Source: Trichoplax adhaerens (Eukaryota; Animalia; Placozoa). Taken from it: a stretch of 64,000 bases of DNA. Shown piece by piece: positions 63,460 through 64,000 of the stretch. Under the pieces are notes generated by a model that searched no databases, was not told where the DNA came from, and saw only the letters and a list, made by a program, of their open reading frames with translations. The stretch lies in assembly GCF_000150275.1 (NCBI RefSeq), contig NW_002060959.1, forward strand, positions 46,237 to 110,236, written 5' to 3'. A program made the translations under genes and the position numbers. The number at the start of each line of letters is the position of its first letter. The stretch's first letter is position 1.

Positions 63460-64000
63460 CATATCTAATTTACTTCTACTTAATATGTTGACAACAATAA
63501 CTTATCTAACATCTCCAATTCACGTTTACTCTACAGTAGATATCACAGTGCTTAAAGAGTATGCTGCGATTAAAGTATGATTCTATACATGTATCGGTAA
63601 TACAGTTTTGCATGTAATGGCCCAAATACAATACTTAGGAAAGTATATAAATTATAATTATTAGTATTATTAATTGGTCAGTAAGAGAATTTATATCATT
63701 ATAAGATTTGGTTAAGTCATTTACGATATACAAAATCGTAACAACTAGATATATACGATCTAATATACTACATCGTAACTAGTGATTATAGTTGGTTAAA
63801 GGCGCTTGCACTTCATCCTAGACAACCCTAAAATCGATAGCCAAAGGACTTTGTCAGTCTCTTTGACTACGTATACAAATACTACAATTAATAGCTCAGT
63901 TAAGCCTGCACCGACTACTAATAATCGAGGTAACTAGTATGTTACTTCTATACTTAAGCTAACTTAGGGCTCTTGTAGATTTATAATCTGACTATTTAAT

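Noticed and set aside
1-64000. tRNA, rRNA or snRNA genes; intact transposase or RT ORFs
   Set aside because: None recognised by eye. A covariance-model search was not possible.

Overview
AT-rich eukaryotic (animal) genomic DNA with short GT-AG introns and four assembly gaps. Composition and gene content suggest an early-branching metazoan such as a placozoan; this is inference only. The window has three parts. (1) 1-6.8 kb: the 5' ~70% of an animal type I fatty acid synthase on the minus strand (7 coding exons, KS-AT-DH-pseudoMT-pseudoKR-ER, continuing off the left edge). Upstream of it is a GC-richer, palindrome-rich region. (2) 9.3-18 kb: a tandem birth-and-death array of secreted cysteine-rich proteins with a fibrinogen/intelectin-like N-terminal motif (two intact genes, one pseudogene, one 3' remnant). 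(3) 20-64 kb: a rapidly rearranging death-fold locus. It contains a kinase-less Death-domain-ROC-COR (Roco) gene with an acidic minisatellite inside the GTPase domain, head-to-head with two near-identical CARD first exons. There are five death-domain exons of three types and about ten linker micro-exons, one encoding a PKKKR NLS-like motif. Almost all these exons are symmetric phase 1-1 cassettes, and paralogous segments differ by clean gain or loss of whole cassettes. The introns carry shared homology blocks, a local inversion and several solo LTRs, including a nested pair. The best candidate for an undescribed system is this exon-cassette-shuffling CARD/DD/Roco locus. All gene models were read by eye and have no transcript support.
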